64,000 nt of DNA from Eledone cirrhosa (taxonomy: Eukaryota), in contig OZ024741.1 of NCBI GenBank assembly GCA_964016885.1, forward strand, positions 188,356,001 to 188,420,000, in the 5' to 3' direction. Within the stretch, counting starts at the first letter, position 1; each line of letters begins with the position of its first letter. The notes below the pieces were generated by a model that saw only the letters and a list, made by a program, of their open reading frames with translations, had not been told where the DNA came from and ran no database searches. Shown here in pieces: positions 25,451-37,782 of this stretch. A program made the translations under genes and the position numbers.

Positions 25451-27460
25451 TGCACACGTTCCCATATTATATTCACATATATAGTACATAATAATATAAT
25501 ATACATACATGTATGTGGGTGTATGTCTGTGTGTGTGTGTATATATTACATATAAATATTAATGTTTCTGCAATGCACAATTTTTTAATATATATATACA
25601 CTCTCACAAACACTGTTATGAGCAGGACACGGTCACCTGACCCAACTTGCCACAAACGGGACAACCCGTCTAACCCATGCTAGCATGGAATGTAGATGTT
25701 AAACGATGATGATGTGTATATGTGTGTGCGTATTTCTTAGACTGCAGCCAAGCTGGAGCACAATAAAAGGATTTAGTCGATCATATTGACCCTAGTACTT
25801 ATTTTATCGATCTCTTTTTATTGAACTACTAAGTTACGGACCACAGACACAAACTTAAACATACACGTATGCACACACACACACACACGACAGGCTTCTA
25901 CAATTTCTGTTTACCAAATTTCAACCACAAAACATTGATTCATCAACCCATGCCCAAGGTGATTTATTTATTCCCTTACAACCTATCTACGATGTTTACA
26001 CATATACACATGTGTATGTGTGTGTATTTGTATGTATGTATTGTGGGAATTAGAAGTTTCAAAGTATCTGTGTGCGTGTGCGTGTGTGTGCGGGCAGGGA
26101 TGTGTGAATGAAATAGTAAAATCTGTTTGGGTTTCACATTTCAAAATTCCTGTGATAACACTCACACTGGGGTTTATGTTGTATAAAATGGTCTAAATAC
26201 GTCTGGCACCAACTCGACCACATTTCCTTTCTGTCTGTTTACTTTCACTTTTATTCCAAATATTTTTATCCACAAACTAACCACCTCTAAGTATAGGTAA
26301 GGGAGAAAGCATTAAGCTGACGATTTCAAAATGAAAATAATAATAATAATAATGATTTCATTTATTAGCCACAAGGGCCGACATGTAGGGGACAATACAA
26401 AGACAGGGACAGTGGGGGGTTTACAATAAGGTAGAGTAAAAGTGCACAATGGCAAGACTAATAATAATAATAACATCGCAGAATCTTATAAGGCTGGTTG
26501 GTTCTCCAAACATCTAGAATGTCCTCAGAACCGTTAGAAAGGTCTTGGGTAGACGCTAACAAAGTTTTCTTTACAAAACCTTTTTAAAACTATTTTAAGT
26601 TACAAAGAAACTTCAATGTCATGTATAAACGATTTTTTTTTTTTTTACTCAAAATTTTAATATTTGTTGAAAAAATATAATCATAAAAATAATAATAATT
26701 TATCTGAAACATTAAAAATGTCCAATTGCTAATGACTAACCTTGTGAATGGAAACACGACTTAAGCATAGTATTACCCATCGTTAAACATCCTAGATGTA
26801 TGTACATACACAACGGTTTCTGATCGTTGTTCTTTATTTAGCTCCAGGTCAATTCTAATCTAGCAGACCTTATGACCAAAATATGTTACAACTGCAATCA
26901 TCACGTCTCTTTTTTTTTAAACGAAAAACAAAAAATACAATATTCAGACATACATCATACAATATCGAGCGAGAATGGAGAGAGAGGGGGGAGAGGGGGG
27001 TGAGAAAGAGAGAGAAGCTGCCTGGAAGTATATAGCTTATGATGATGATGATGATTTTTTAAAAAACTCTAGCCCATTTCAACATATCAGTTGGTCGGAT
27101 GAGGTCCGTGTAAAAGTGATAAGCTAAGGTCAGTTTTAAAATGTAGGTCTCCAAAGCTGGAAATAAATAGGCCCAAACCAGACATGAAATTTAGGCCCCC
27201 ATTTCAAACTGCCCATTGCGTATTTTAAATAATCAATCCTAAATGTATGTAATTTATGTACTGGTTACAGGTATGTATGTGTATGTGTGTATATATGTAA
27301 TATCTACTGTACTAACATGTAGCAAAGCAGAATACAAGAACTAAAACTTGAGATGGAATAGGCTCCTCAAAATCGTTGACTCATGCCAAACGACCTACCT
27401 TCTCAAAGTAGCTTAGGTCGGATAAGAAAGAAAATAGCAAGGCATGACAGTTAGTAATAA

Positions 27461-27653
27461 TTGTTTCTACTTTGGGCACAAGGCCAGCAATTACCCAGTG
27501 CATGGGTAATTGCTGGTACTTTATTTTATCGACCCCGTAAGGATGAAAAGCAAAGTCAACCTCGGCGGGATTTGAACTCAGATCGTAAAGGGACGTAACT
27601 ATGCTGGAAAGCATGGCGTCCGACCCTCAACCGATACTGCCAATCCACCGCCC
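27461..27653 (-). mobile_element. SINE family B with long TSD
   Basis: Flanked both sides by ATGACAGTTAGTAATAA. Confidence 0.92.
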
Positions 27654-27769
27654 TATATGACAGTTAGTAATAATAATAAATCAATACGAATGGAAACAGC
27701 CGTGGATGGGGCAAACATGTCTTTCATGAACTCACCAAAGCAAGTATATAAACATAAAAGTGCTGTAGT

Positions 27770-28520
27770 TTCGGCTCCGTGTCAATCTTGATCCCCCAAC
27801 CTATGATCAAATGAATTACAACTGTGACTATCTCATGTTTCATTCAGGTCTTGTGTACTCCATACTACATTATGCAATGTGCCTGTGTGTTTTGTTTGTT
27901 CTTAAAGAAGGAATATTGTGGTTTGAAGGCTATTTGGTTGTTATTGCTAACAGATCGAGCAACCTTGAGCGGTTCCATTGTTGTTGTTTAAGCACATGTC
28001 AACTCTGTCCTAGCAGATCTACGATCAATTGCAACCAATCGTGACCATCATACCAACATTTTCCCAGATATAAATATTTGAATTAAAAAAACCAGCAAGC
28101 GAGACTACGTAAACATGGTCCGCCTCGACTATGCTGGAAATAGCAGAAAAATCTCCCTCAGATCACATGGCACCTTATCAAATAATGCATGGGTATGGTC
28201 GAATAAGTAGCCCTAGACACATTATGTATGAGTATGAATAAAAGACGAGATAGTCACGACTGGAACGTCATTAATTTGACATGAACAATATATACAAATA
28301 TACGATAATTTGACTTGACAATATATACAAATATACGAGCTAACAAAGGTTCCTCTACGCAGTTGTTCGACCTGCTAGAAAAAGCAGCTAAATCTCACAC
28401 AAATCACACGCTGGCGTCTGGAATAATAAAAGGGCACATAGGATAATGTAGTCCTAGATATACTATGTCTGAAATTAAAAGACACTGTTGGTTGCTTGGA
28501 TCAGGGCTGACCTAGGTGGG
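27770..28520. repeat. Cluster of an old dispersed repeat family
   Basis: Motifs like CAGACCTATGATCAAA..TTCCAGCTGTGACCATC and TGCTAGAAATAG recur here and at 10400-10710, 29700-29890, 30320-30510, 41870-43040. Confidence 0.55.
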
Positions 28521-28672
28521 AGGGTAAACAATAGCAATGCAACCAAACTAAAGTATTATGCATAACTAAAGACATGTTAGTGTATCACATGAAGGGAAAC
28601 AGAAATCAGCTGAGATGAAATGAAAGACATGGTCTGGTATGTCAGTCTATGTATGTATATATATATATATAT

Positions 28673-28880
28673 ATATTAATTCAAAATATTAACAAAATAG
28701 ATATTCTTGTGATCAAGTATATTGATCAAAATAGATATTCTAGATCACAAGAATATCTATTTTGTTAATATTTTGAATTAATATTAATAACTCTGGAAAA
28801 CCCTTTTTTACTGTTGAGTGCTTCCAATCTATTGTAAAACTCATTCTTTGATGTATTCATTGAACTTTGTTTAACTTTTA
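28673..28880 (+). mobile_element. Truncated palindromic Penelope-like remnant
   Basis: Arms 28673-28714 / 28743-28784; tail GTTGAGTGCTTCCAATCTATTGTAAAA shared with the 37 kb element; TA flanks. Confidence 0.65.
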
Positions 28881-28919
28881 AATATATATATTTATACCTA
28901 TAAACATACATATATTTAC

Positions 28920-28964
<45 letters not shown>

Positions 28965-29084
28965 TATACGTATACACATATATTAACATCCCGTTGTCTT
29001 AACATTGGTGAAATTTGGAATGTAGTCGTCCCACTGTAAATGACTCCTGATTTCCTCAACTATTGATTATAGTGATAGACTATT

Positions 29085-29270
29085 ATTGGCAGTATCGGTA
29101 GAGGGTCGGACGCCATGCTTTGAAGCATTGAGTTACGGCCCTTGCCATTCTGAGTTCAAATCCCGCCGAGGTTAACTTTGCCTTTCATCCTTACGAGGTC
29201 GATAAAATAAAGTACCAGTAATACACTGGGTAATTGCTGGCCTTGTGCCAACAATAGAAACAATTATTAT
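29085..29270 (+). mobile_element. SINE family B
   Basis: Family consensus match; inverted partial copy at 29375-29457. Confidence 0.88.
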
Positions 29271-30632
29271 AATCATTTCCATTTGGACGGATACATTTCA
29301 AATATATACACACACATAAATATAAATAAACTGGGGGGGGGGGCTTTTGTTTCGTGTATGAACATAAATAAATAATATAATTGTTTCTACATTTGGCACA
29401 AGGCCAGCAATTACCCAGTACGTTACTGGTACTTTATTTTATCGACCCCGTAAGGATCACGCATATACACACACAATACTTAGCTAACTAGTTATATATG
29501 TATGCAATATATATATATATATATATATATGGGGGGGGGGGGTAATGTGTGCGTATATATGCATATAAATATTATATCTGTGTTTATGTGTGATTGTGCG
29601 TAGATAGATAGATAAAGAAATGGGCAAAAGTCTAAACAATGTACATATTGAAGTTGTTGGATACGACTAGCTTTAATGGATGGCAGCTGGCCACACCGGA
29701 CATGACACATTCAAACATGAGGGAACCTTTATGTGGTCGCTCAGTATGCTAGAAATAGAAACCAAATCTCCTTCATATTACGCCTTGAACGCGTTAGATG
29801 CTGTAACCCTAGATAGACTTTGTATGAAAATCTCAACTGGAACGCCTTTGATCGCATATATGTGAGATCATGGTTGCCTGGGGCTAAACCACAACAAGAA
29901 CATTCCATTCACCATGTTTAGAAATATGGACACTTGAAACTAACGACTGGGCGTGGGATGTCGATCGGTGATGGTGGTTGTAGTGCAGTGGTGGAGTATT
30001 ACATATTATGAAGACTGCCTCGGGAACACGACGTTGATAACGATGATCATTGTAATGATGATGATGATAAGACAATGTGTTTGAGAGACAAAGCTTTACA
30101 TGCTGTGTCTGTCTCACCACTTTACAATAAGGGAAAAAAATTCGTACAAAGTGAGGGAATACAATCACAAGATCGGTAAAGGAAATTATATAAACAAGAG
30201 CGGAAACAGAGAGGGAGAGGAAGAAAGAGTCGGTGGCGAAAGGAATATAAAAGAGTAGGTGGGTGAAGGATACTTGAGAAAGGGGAAGGGAGTAAAACAT
30301 GTGATAATATGGGTACGTTGTGGTTTAGCCCCAGGTCAACCAGAACCGAGAGTAATGGTCAAATGCATTCCAGCTGTGATTAGTCCACATTTAAAAAAAA
30401 TCTTATTTAATTTCTTTTCAGGTAGTGGACTACGTTATCTAATTTGCCATTTCCTTATTTAATACGGCAGATTTGAGATGCGGCTGCTATTTCTAGCCGG
30501 TGGAAGCTCATTGACTAACTCGTATGTAGGTACATTATACACGGGCGCGTATATACATACAAGTGTGATTTCAAAATATCATGTTTGAAAAAAAAAAGTT
30601 CCTACTAATACAAACGTATGTATGTATTATAT

Positions 30633-30800
30633 TAATTGTTTCTACTTTAGGCACAAGGCCAGCAATTACCAGTGCATTACTGGTACTTTATTTTATCGAC
30701 CCCGTAAGGATGAAAGGCAAAGTCAACCTCGGCGGGATTTGAACTCAGATGGTAAAGGGGAGTAACTATGCTGGAAAGCATGGCGTCCGACCCTCTACCG
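30633..30800 (-). mobile_element. SINE family B followed by an old RTE 3' fragment (30801-31125, +)
   Basis: Consensus match; downstream MRWLVHVLKK remnant. Confidence 0.8.
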
Positions 30801-31127
30801 ATGTGAGAGAGAAAGATAATGAATTGCAGAAGAGAATGGGAATAGAACTGATGATGAATATTATAAAGAGAAATGGAATGAGATGGCTGGTTCATGTGCT
30901 GAAGAAGGATAGCAGTGACTGGGTGAGAAGTGATGAAAATGAGCATGTAAGGGTGTAGGAGAAAGGGAAGAGCAAGAAAGATATGGCTAAAGATGAAAGT
31001 GGACATGAAAGTCAGGAGGTTGATGAGGGGGCATGCAGCTGATAGGGAAACATGGAGAAGCTTATTGTGGGGCCCCACAAAGCGAACCCCAGCTTTAACA
31101 GGGAGAATGCTTTTAAAACATTTGTAG

Positions 31128-31200
<73 letters not shown>

Positions 31201-31204
<4 letters not shown>

Positions 31205-31420
31205 AGGCGCATGGCTGAGTGGTTAGAGAATTGGATTCACAATCGTGATGTTGTGAGCTTGATTCCCAGACCGGGCGATGCGTTATGTCCTTGAGCAAGA
31301 CACTTTATTTCACGTTGCTCCTTCTGCCTGGATGTGTGAGCAGTAGATAGTATTAGCAATTGGTAAGACTGATGGAAATATTGTTTCCTCGGTCTGATTT
31401 GATGAGCTCCACCCCACACA
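31201..31420 (+). mobile_element. SINE family A-related subfamily with a different tail
   Basis: tRNA-like head plus CCTTGAGCAAGACACTTTATTTCAC; second copy at 44083-44290. Confidence 0.8.
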
Positions 31421-31429
31421 TTAAGTAAA

Positions 31430-32810
31430 TGAGGTTTGAGAAGTTGTTGATCGAGTTTTTTCAGAAAGCACTTCCCAAAATGAGGACAACTTGTAAAAAA
31501 TTCTATTTTGGAGCAGAAGCAGTCATTGGAGGATTAGGGTCTTTTCAGTGATTCAAAGCCTGCATTTCAGAGCTCCGTTAATATAGGCTTTAAATTTATT
31601 GAGTATTCTTCATTTATAGTCCTCCTTCAAGGCTCATACATGTTTTGCTAATGACATGGTTCTCTTAACTGTACATCCAAAGGATGACATATGGGTATAG
31701 TGTTTGCCATGTGGTTGAGATAAAATCTAACTCATATATATATGACAGACTTGATATCACATGCCTGCTCTTATAGGCATTAATTCTTCTTATCTTGTGT
31801 TTTGGATTTAGATGTTATAATGAATTTCATATTAGGAGCACAATAATAACTGATCTTAATGGAATACCTACTGAAGATTTTACTATATTGGCAGTGTGGT
31901 GAAAAATGCTTATCTAACAGTACTAGGAATTTCTTACCTTTAATTATCTTGACATTTAAAGAGAAAGGGGAAGTGAACCAGGTGATCTTTTTCTTTTGGA
32001 AAGAGGGGAATGGGTGTAGAAAATCTTTGAAGCTGCCAGATCTAATAAGACTTTAGAGAAGGTTAGATAAGAAATTCTATGTCCAGCATTGAAGGTAAGA
32101 TTCTTAAACGCCATTGGGGGAAATGACAGGATGTATTAGTGATATACATAATTTTGGTTTGTGGAAGTGCTTGTATGTTCCGTTACTAGATTGAGTGTTA
32201 CATCTAAGTAATCTGACTTCATTATATTAGTGTCTTATGCTTTGCAGCATAGAGTTACGGCCCTTTACATTCTGAGTTCAAATCACGCCAAGGTTAATTT
32301 TGCTTTTCATCCTTACAGGGTTGCTAAAGTAAAGTACTAGTAATGCACTGGGATAATTGCTAGCCTTGTGCCAAAAGTAAAAACTATTATATTTGTGTCT
32401 ACAGCTAAATCAAAGCCTAGTTTATTAAAAATGTCTAATATTACAATAGTGAGAAACCATTTGATCATCATCTTGGTAACAGACGAATAGTAGATCTAGG
32501 GGATCAGAACCTATACAAGCCAAGAAGTTCACATTCACCAATATTGTTGTATAACTCTATTGAGGCACTGAATAAATCTTCTAGTTCAGTTTTATTTTGA
32601 CCAATCAAACTTTCTTTTGGAGTATTGCATATATCTATCATAGATTCATTGATGTTGATGAATCTGCAAGTGAAATCTAAAACCTTAACTAATAGTGTCC
32701 TTGATATTGAGGGGTGAATTTAGCCCTAGATTTACATGAAATATTTCTGAAACAGGATATGATCAACAGCTGTTATTCCATTGTTGTGTTCAGTATATTT
32801 CCTAATCTTA
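31430..32810 (-). mobile_element. Decayed autonomous Penelope-like element (RT to C-terminal region), interrupted by SINE B at about 32232-32390
   Basis: Remnants ECELLGLY (cf. EVCELVGLY) and ITWFTSPFSLNVKIIKGKKFLVLLDKHF..SKIFSRYSIKISYYCAPNMKFII (cf. WFNPPF.NV.TNIGK.FL..KHF..ISYSC.PN). Confidence 0.75.
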
Positions 32811-32960
32811 ATTGTTTCTATTTTTTACACAAGGCCAGCAATTATCCAGTGCATTACTGGTACTTTATTTTATCGATCCCGTAAGGAAGAAAGGTAAAGT
32901 TAACCTCGGCGGGATTTGAACTCAGATCATAAAGAGAGGTAACTCTATGCTTCAAAGCAT
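32810..32960 (-). mobile_element. 5'-truncated SINE family B
   Basis: TSD TTTCCTAATCTTAAT on both sides. Confidence 0.85.
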
Positions 32961-33049
32961 TTTTCCTAATCTTAATGCCCCATAATTATATATATATATA
33001 TGTCAGACCATGTCTCCCCAAAAAGGTAGTCCCCTTGATGAGGATGGAT

Positions 33050-34290
33050 TTCTTTATTAATTGGGTCAATTTATAAAGTTTATATAAACAATGTTTGTTG
33101 TTTTTCCATCTGGTGCATAGATTTAAAGACTTTTCTGACTTCCTACTCTTGAACAGCCAATGTAAAGCTGACCATTAGTGAAGCAGGGCTCTTCAAGGTG
33201 TAAACCAGCAAACGAAAATGTGATTTGGCAACGCTAAGACCCACTGGAAATTGAAGTCATTTGAATTGAAATGGGACATCAGTAGGGATAAGAGGAATTC
33301 TTAGAACACATCCTCTCCCCTACCACATCATTTTGAAATGGTGGGTTGAATCATGTGTGGGTACATATTTTCTATAATTAATCGAGTGACATTGCATAAT
33401 TTTGGTGGGTCCAAATTCCTCAATAAAAGGTGAAGGACATGTGGAGGCATTCCTGATGGTTTTAAAGAATTGACAGCGGGTAATTGACAGCTTCCGATTG
33501 TTCCACCACAGTGTTGACAGATCAATAGAGCTTTGAAACCTTTAGAATTCTTTTTAACTGCTCTTAATTTACCAATTTCACAGTCACATTTTTCAGGGCC
33601 AATATAGCCCTTTCACTGAGCGACTCATGACTTGCGAACTGATATTTAAAATTAGGGAACACTTTTTCTATGAAATGGAATAATGATTCTACCATCATGC
33701 CTATGGGACTTATATCAATGGCTTCCTTGCTATCTACAGGAAGTCTTCCGTCCCCAAGCATTAATAGATTCTGGGCAAACTGCTCTGATTGTTCGTCTCT
33801 ACCAAGATATGCCCTCATGTTTGTAGCGAGCTTCAAAACTTTGATAGAAGTCCAAAATGTCGATTTTTTTAAAAAACAGGCTTGGATTTGATAAATCCTA
33901 TTGCCTTTTGGTATGACTGGGAGAGTTTGTCTAAAATCCCCTCCTCCGCCTACTACCACCACCATTATTATCACTACTACTACCACCATAGAAGTTATAG
34001 AAAGGGAGTGAGAGAGTGTGGTAAATTTATATTCAGAGGGGAAAAGCGTAGAATACAGAGAGAGACAGATAGATATATATAGAGGGAAGTATTCTGTGGA
34101 TTCTAATGATATTCAATATTGGTGATCTTGAAGTTGATTTATGTCGTAACAATTACATTTTTTTGGAACTAACAACTCTAAAACATTCTCCTTGGGACAC
34201 AGATTTTGAAAATGAAAACCATTTTTGACTAGGATACACCATTTTGGAGCCTTTGCGAGACATACACATATATACACTCTCATTTATAGA

Positions 34291-34295
<5 letters not shown>
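33050..34295 (-). mobile_element. Internally deleted Helitron with PIF1 helicase remnant
   Basis: GGDFRQTLPVIPKG, LATNMR, ERAILALKN, SGMPPH.L, LLRNLDPPKLCN.TRL, GQLYIGCSRV; frameshifted; TCTATAAATGAGAG start near 34290. Confidence 0.9.
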
Positions 34296-34340
<45 letters not shown>

Positions 34341-34547
34341 AACAATTTAATATAGAAATGGCTTCTATAGGACTAGAACTGTTTTATTCGAAGGAAATCA
34401 TCAAGAAAGCCTGATGAGTTCCTTCAAATGGAACAGTTCTAGTCCTGTACAAGGCATTTCTATTTCTATATTAATTTTGTTGGTTACACTCTACTAATGT
34501 ATTGAGTACTTTACTTACTGTGGTTACCCCTGATTGAACCCAGGACT

Positions 34548-34548
<1 letters not shown>
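34341..34548 (+). mobile_element. Palindromic hammerhead-bearing Penelope-like remnant
   Basis: Arms 34341-34405 / 34410-34480; relatives at 41325-41395 (-) and 56385-56503 (+). Confidence 0.7.
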
Positions 34549-34578
<30 letters not shown>

Positions 34579-34593
34579 TATATATGACTAATG

Positions 34594-34628
<35 letters not shown>

Positions 34629-34648
34629 AAGCAGGGAAAAGCGGACGT

Positions 34649-34681
<33 letters not shown>

Positions 34682-35721
34682 ATATATAACTGAAGATTTT
34701 AATTATGTATATTATATATATATATACATATATATTTACTGGCTTGCCCTAATTTAGTTCTTGCAAAGTTTAATAACCTGTAGCTAGGGCTATTTGTGAA
34801 ATCAATAATATGATCCTTCCATTTACGAATACCTATTTAGCTAGGCATCCAAGTCTCTTATCTATATTGATGTATTTGGCAATTGATATAGCATCATCAT
34901 TAAAGTGTTGTAGGTGCCTACTCTGGTTTTGTGATACTGGTGATGCTGTTCTGTTCTATCCTGTTATATGTATTATTTACATTATCATCATCATCATCAT
35001 TTTATGTCTATTTTTCCAAGTTATTTTCAGTTATGACATCAAGAAGTTGAAGTCCCCTAACAACTTCTTTTTTTACTTTTACAATCAAATTACATTAATG
35101 TAAGTCCTTTTTCTGTTTATATACTTACAGTTTCATATCATCCATTTTATTTTCTATGCCCCAGTCAAAAGACTTCAATACTTTTCATATTTGTTATCCT
35201 GTCCTGTGTTTATAATAACTTCTTCCTTAGAAACTATTTTTTTTATAGATCTATTGCTACCAAACGAAACTACTGCAAGAACCACCTAATGATAACTAAT
35301 GAAATAAGATATTCATGCCAGTTTTTATTCATTGTCATTGTCTTCTATGTTAATTTTCCTCACACCATCTCATTTTCTGCAATGTCTTTCATATTTATAT
35401 CACTAATGCTATGCAGACACCATATTATAAAAAGGATAAAGATCCCATAACTCCTTGTGGAGTCATAGAGGCACCATCAAATGGCATGTCTAGGGTACAT
35501 TTAAACCTGGCGGAGCCCAACCCTCTCCAGGTCTGAACACAGCCGATTTCTTCTATAGAGGAAGAATCAACTCCAGTACTGGACTGAGTTCGAAAGGGTG
35601 AAAGGCAAAGTTGACCCAGGTGGGATTTGTATTCAGAGCGTTCATTGAGGTGGGATGAATACCGTAAAGCATTCTATCCGACATTTTAACGACTCTGCCA
35701 ATCCACCACCTATATATATAT

Positions 35722-35941
35722 TATATAATTATTAAGGCCAGTTACTACAATGGCACCATACCAGGTACGTAGGTTGCATTAGTCTCTAGGACCAACTTGT
35801 TCAACATGTGCTGATGAAAATGAAACCACAAAATTTTCCAGTTCATTTTCATTGGCACAGGTTGAATAACTTGGTCCTCCGACAAACAAAATGTACATAC
35901 CTGGTATGGTGCCGTTGTAGTAACAAGCCTAAATAATTATA
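35722..35941. mobile_element. Fully palindromic MITE-like element
   Basis: GTTACTACAATGGCACCATACCAGGTA pairs with TACCTGGTATGGTGCCGTTGTAGTAAC, imperfect pairing to the centre. Confidence 0.7.
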
Positions 35942-35974
35942 TTAAAACTCACCCTACAGACTTTAGTTGTTCTA

Positions 35975-36540
35975 TAACAAAGTGCAGGGCAATAAAGATA
36001 GACGGTAGTCACGGAATAGGCAGACCTAGAAAAACCTGGGACGAGCTGATAAACTCCGACATCACACACTTACACCTCTCCAAGACAATGTCACTGGACC
36101 GAGACCTTTGGCGGTACTCAGTAACAGAGAAGACCCGCCTTACCTAAATATATAGTAAAACCTACTCCAGCCAGTAGGCATCTCTAACAAAATACACCCC
36201 GTCCCACCACCACCACCCCATCCACACCACCCCGTTCTATGTAAAGTTATGTTGGTGCCGCGCCATCGAGGCCGAAACAAATGAGATCGTGTAGGTGTCA
36301 TGACAAAAAAAACACACAGTCCACGCTGTAATGTGGCCATGTAGGCAACACGGTAAAAGCCTCCCAGACCCACACTGTAAATGTGGTTGGTGTTAGGAAG
36401 GGCATCCAACTGTAGAAAACCTGCCAGACAGTCCTATGCGAGCAAGACAATCACTCTTGCCTCAAGTGGGACTACCCCCGTCCAAACCCATGCAAGCGTG
36501 GAACACGGACGTTAAACGTTGATGATGATGATGATGATGA
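35975..36540 (+). mobile_element. RTE-A-related LINE 3' fragment
   Basis: IDGSHGIGRPRKTWDELINSD, 3' UTR and (GAT)n tail. Confidence 0.88.
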
Positions 36541-36580
36541 TATACCTTGGATATATTTACCAAATGATTACTACTATATA

Positions 36581-36611
<31 letters not shown>

Positions 36612-36633
36612 TGAAATACAAAATTGGCTAAGA

Positions 36634-36713
36634 CTAAATGACACTTGAAGATAAATACTGCAAATATGCATACATATATTTCTGAATATGATTTTGTTTT
36701 CTAACAGTTTCAC
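36634..36713 (-). CDS. Candidate exon 3 of the host gene
   Basis: Acceptor TTACGTTTATAG; phase 1 open GETVRKQNHIQKY, then either donor GTATGC after 36674 or read-through MYAYLQYLSSSVI* to 36634. Confidence 0.3.
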
Positions 36714-37059
36714 CTATAAACGTAATATACCAATTATATACAGACTGTTAAAGGCAAACCCATGAATACTAGTGAAATATGGATAAATCTTGAGACATTT
36801 CAGACTCCAAACTATTTTAAAAGAGCACTTGAATCTCCAAAATTAATTGTGAAACTACGACTCAAAATCAATAGAAATGGGCTGTTATTTTAATTTTTTT
36901 TATTGGCCACAAGGGCCAGGAATATTTTGCAAGCATAACAAATATTTTTTTTATTCTTTGCATTTCATGTTATAGCACAATAAATTTTTGTTTAGAGCAA
37001 TATAATATATTGAAATATTTAGATGCCTAAGATGAAAATATATATATATATATATATAA

Positions 37060-37501
37060 CCAAAAGTTTATATGGTTCGTTGATTATTCAACGAATTCAA
37101 TTTTACAATAGATTAGAAGCACTCAACAAGAAAATTTTTCTGAAGTATCTATAATATTATTCAAAATATTAATAAATGAGAAATATCATAACCAAAGTAT
37201 ATATTTTATTATACATATTTCAAAGGTAAAATGGTGTTTCAGTACGTTTTCATCAGATAAAATATATTAGAGATTGGATATGCGACATACCGCTAAGGTA
37301 CTTGAATCATCAATTCCTGTAGTGGCAGGAATTGATGATTCAAGTACCTTAACAGTGTGTCGCATATCCAATCTCTAATATATTTTATCTGATGGAAACG
37401 TACTGAAACACCATTGTACCTTTGAAATATGTATAATAAAATATATACTTTGGTTATGATATTTCTCATTTATTAATATTTTGAATAATATTATAGATAT
37501 A
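37060..37501 (-). mobile_element. Palindromic Penelope-like remnant with type I hammerhead
   Basis: Arms about 37146-37319 / 37326-37501, 6-nt loop; minus arm TATTTTAT-CTGATGA-AAACGTA..TACCTTT-GAAA-TATGTA-TA-ATAAAATA; plus arm has CTGATGG. Confidence 0.8.
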
Positions 37502-37598
37502 TAGAGAGAAAGAGATGGTGAGAAAAATCCCAAACCTGTTTTGTTATTAAGGGTAGACAACATAAGAGAACATACATAGAGAGAGGGGACAGTGGAAA

Positions 37599-37782
37599 CC
37601 AATGTAGAATATGCAGTTACTAGGGAGTACAGGGGCGGGCACAGCAACTACTGGCCTTGAGTTACTAAGAGAAAGAGAGAGAGTAAGAATGTTGCTAAGG
37701 GGGTGCATAGTAATTGGGTGGGAGCCGGGTATATGCTGTTACTAAGGATGCAAGGCTGAAGGTAAATAGGGTGTTACTAAGG
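37599..37782. promoter_or_regulatory. Homotypic cluster of RFX-like GTT(A/G)CTA(A/G)G motifs with GC box and CCAAT
   Basis: Motif at 37616, 37661, 37691, 37738, 37773 (also 38182); GGGGCGGG at 37632; CCAAT at 37599. Confidence 0.45.

Noticed and set aside
26166-26286. Minus-strand exon EVVSLWIKIFG..ELVPD
   Set aside because: All frames stop before the good donor; alternative donor is weak
29913-30119. His-rich 207-nt open minus-strand exon
   Set aside because: Low complexity, no homology, phase does not follow candidate exon 3; unresolved
35129-35285. Minus-strand exon with GTAAGT donor, or a TGA-recoded selenoprotein
   Set aside because: Stops in all frames including TAA; no SECIS seen
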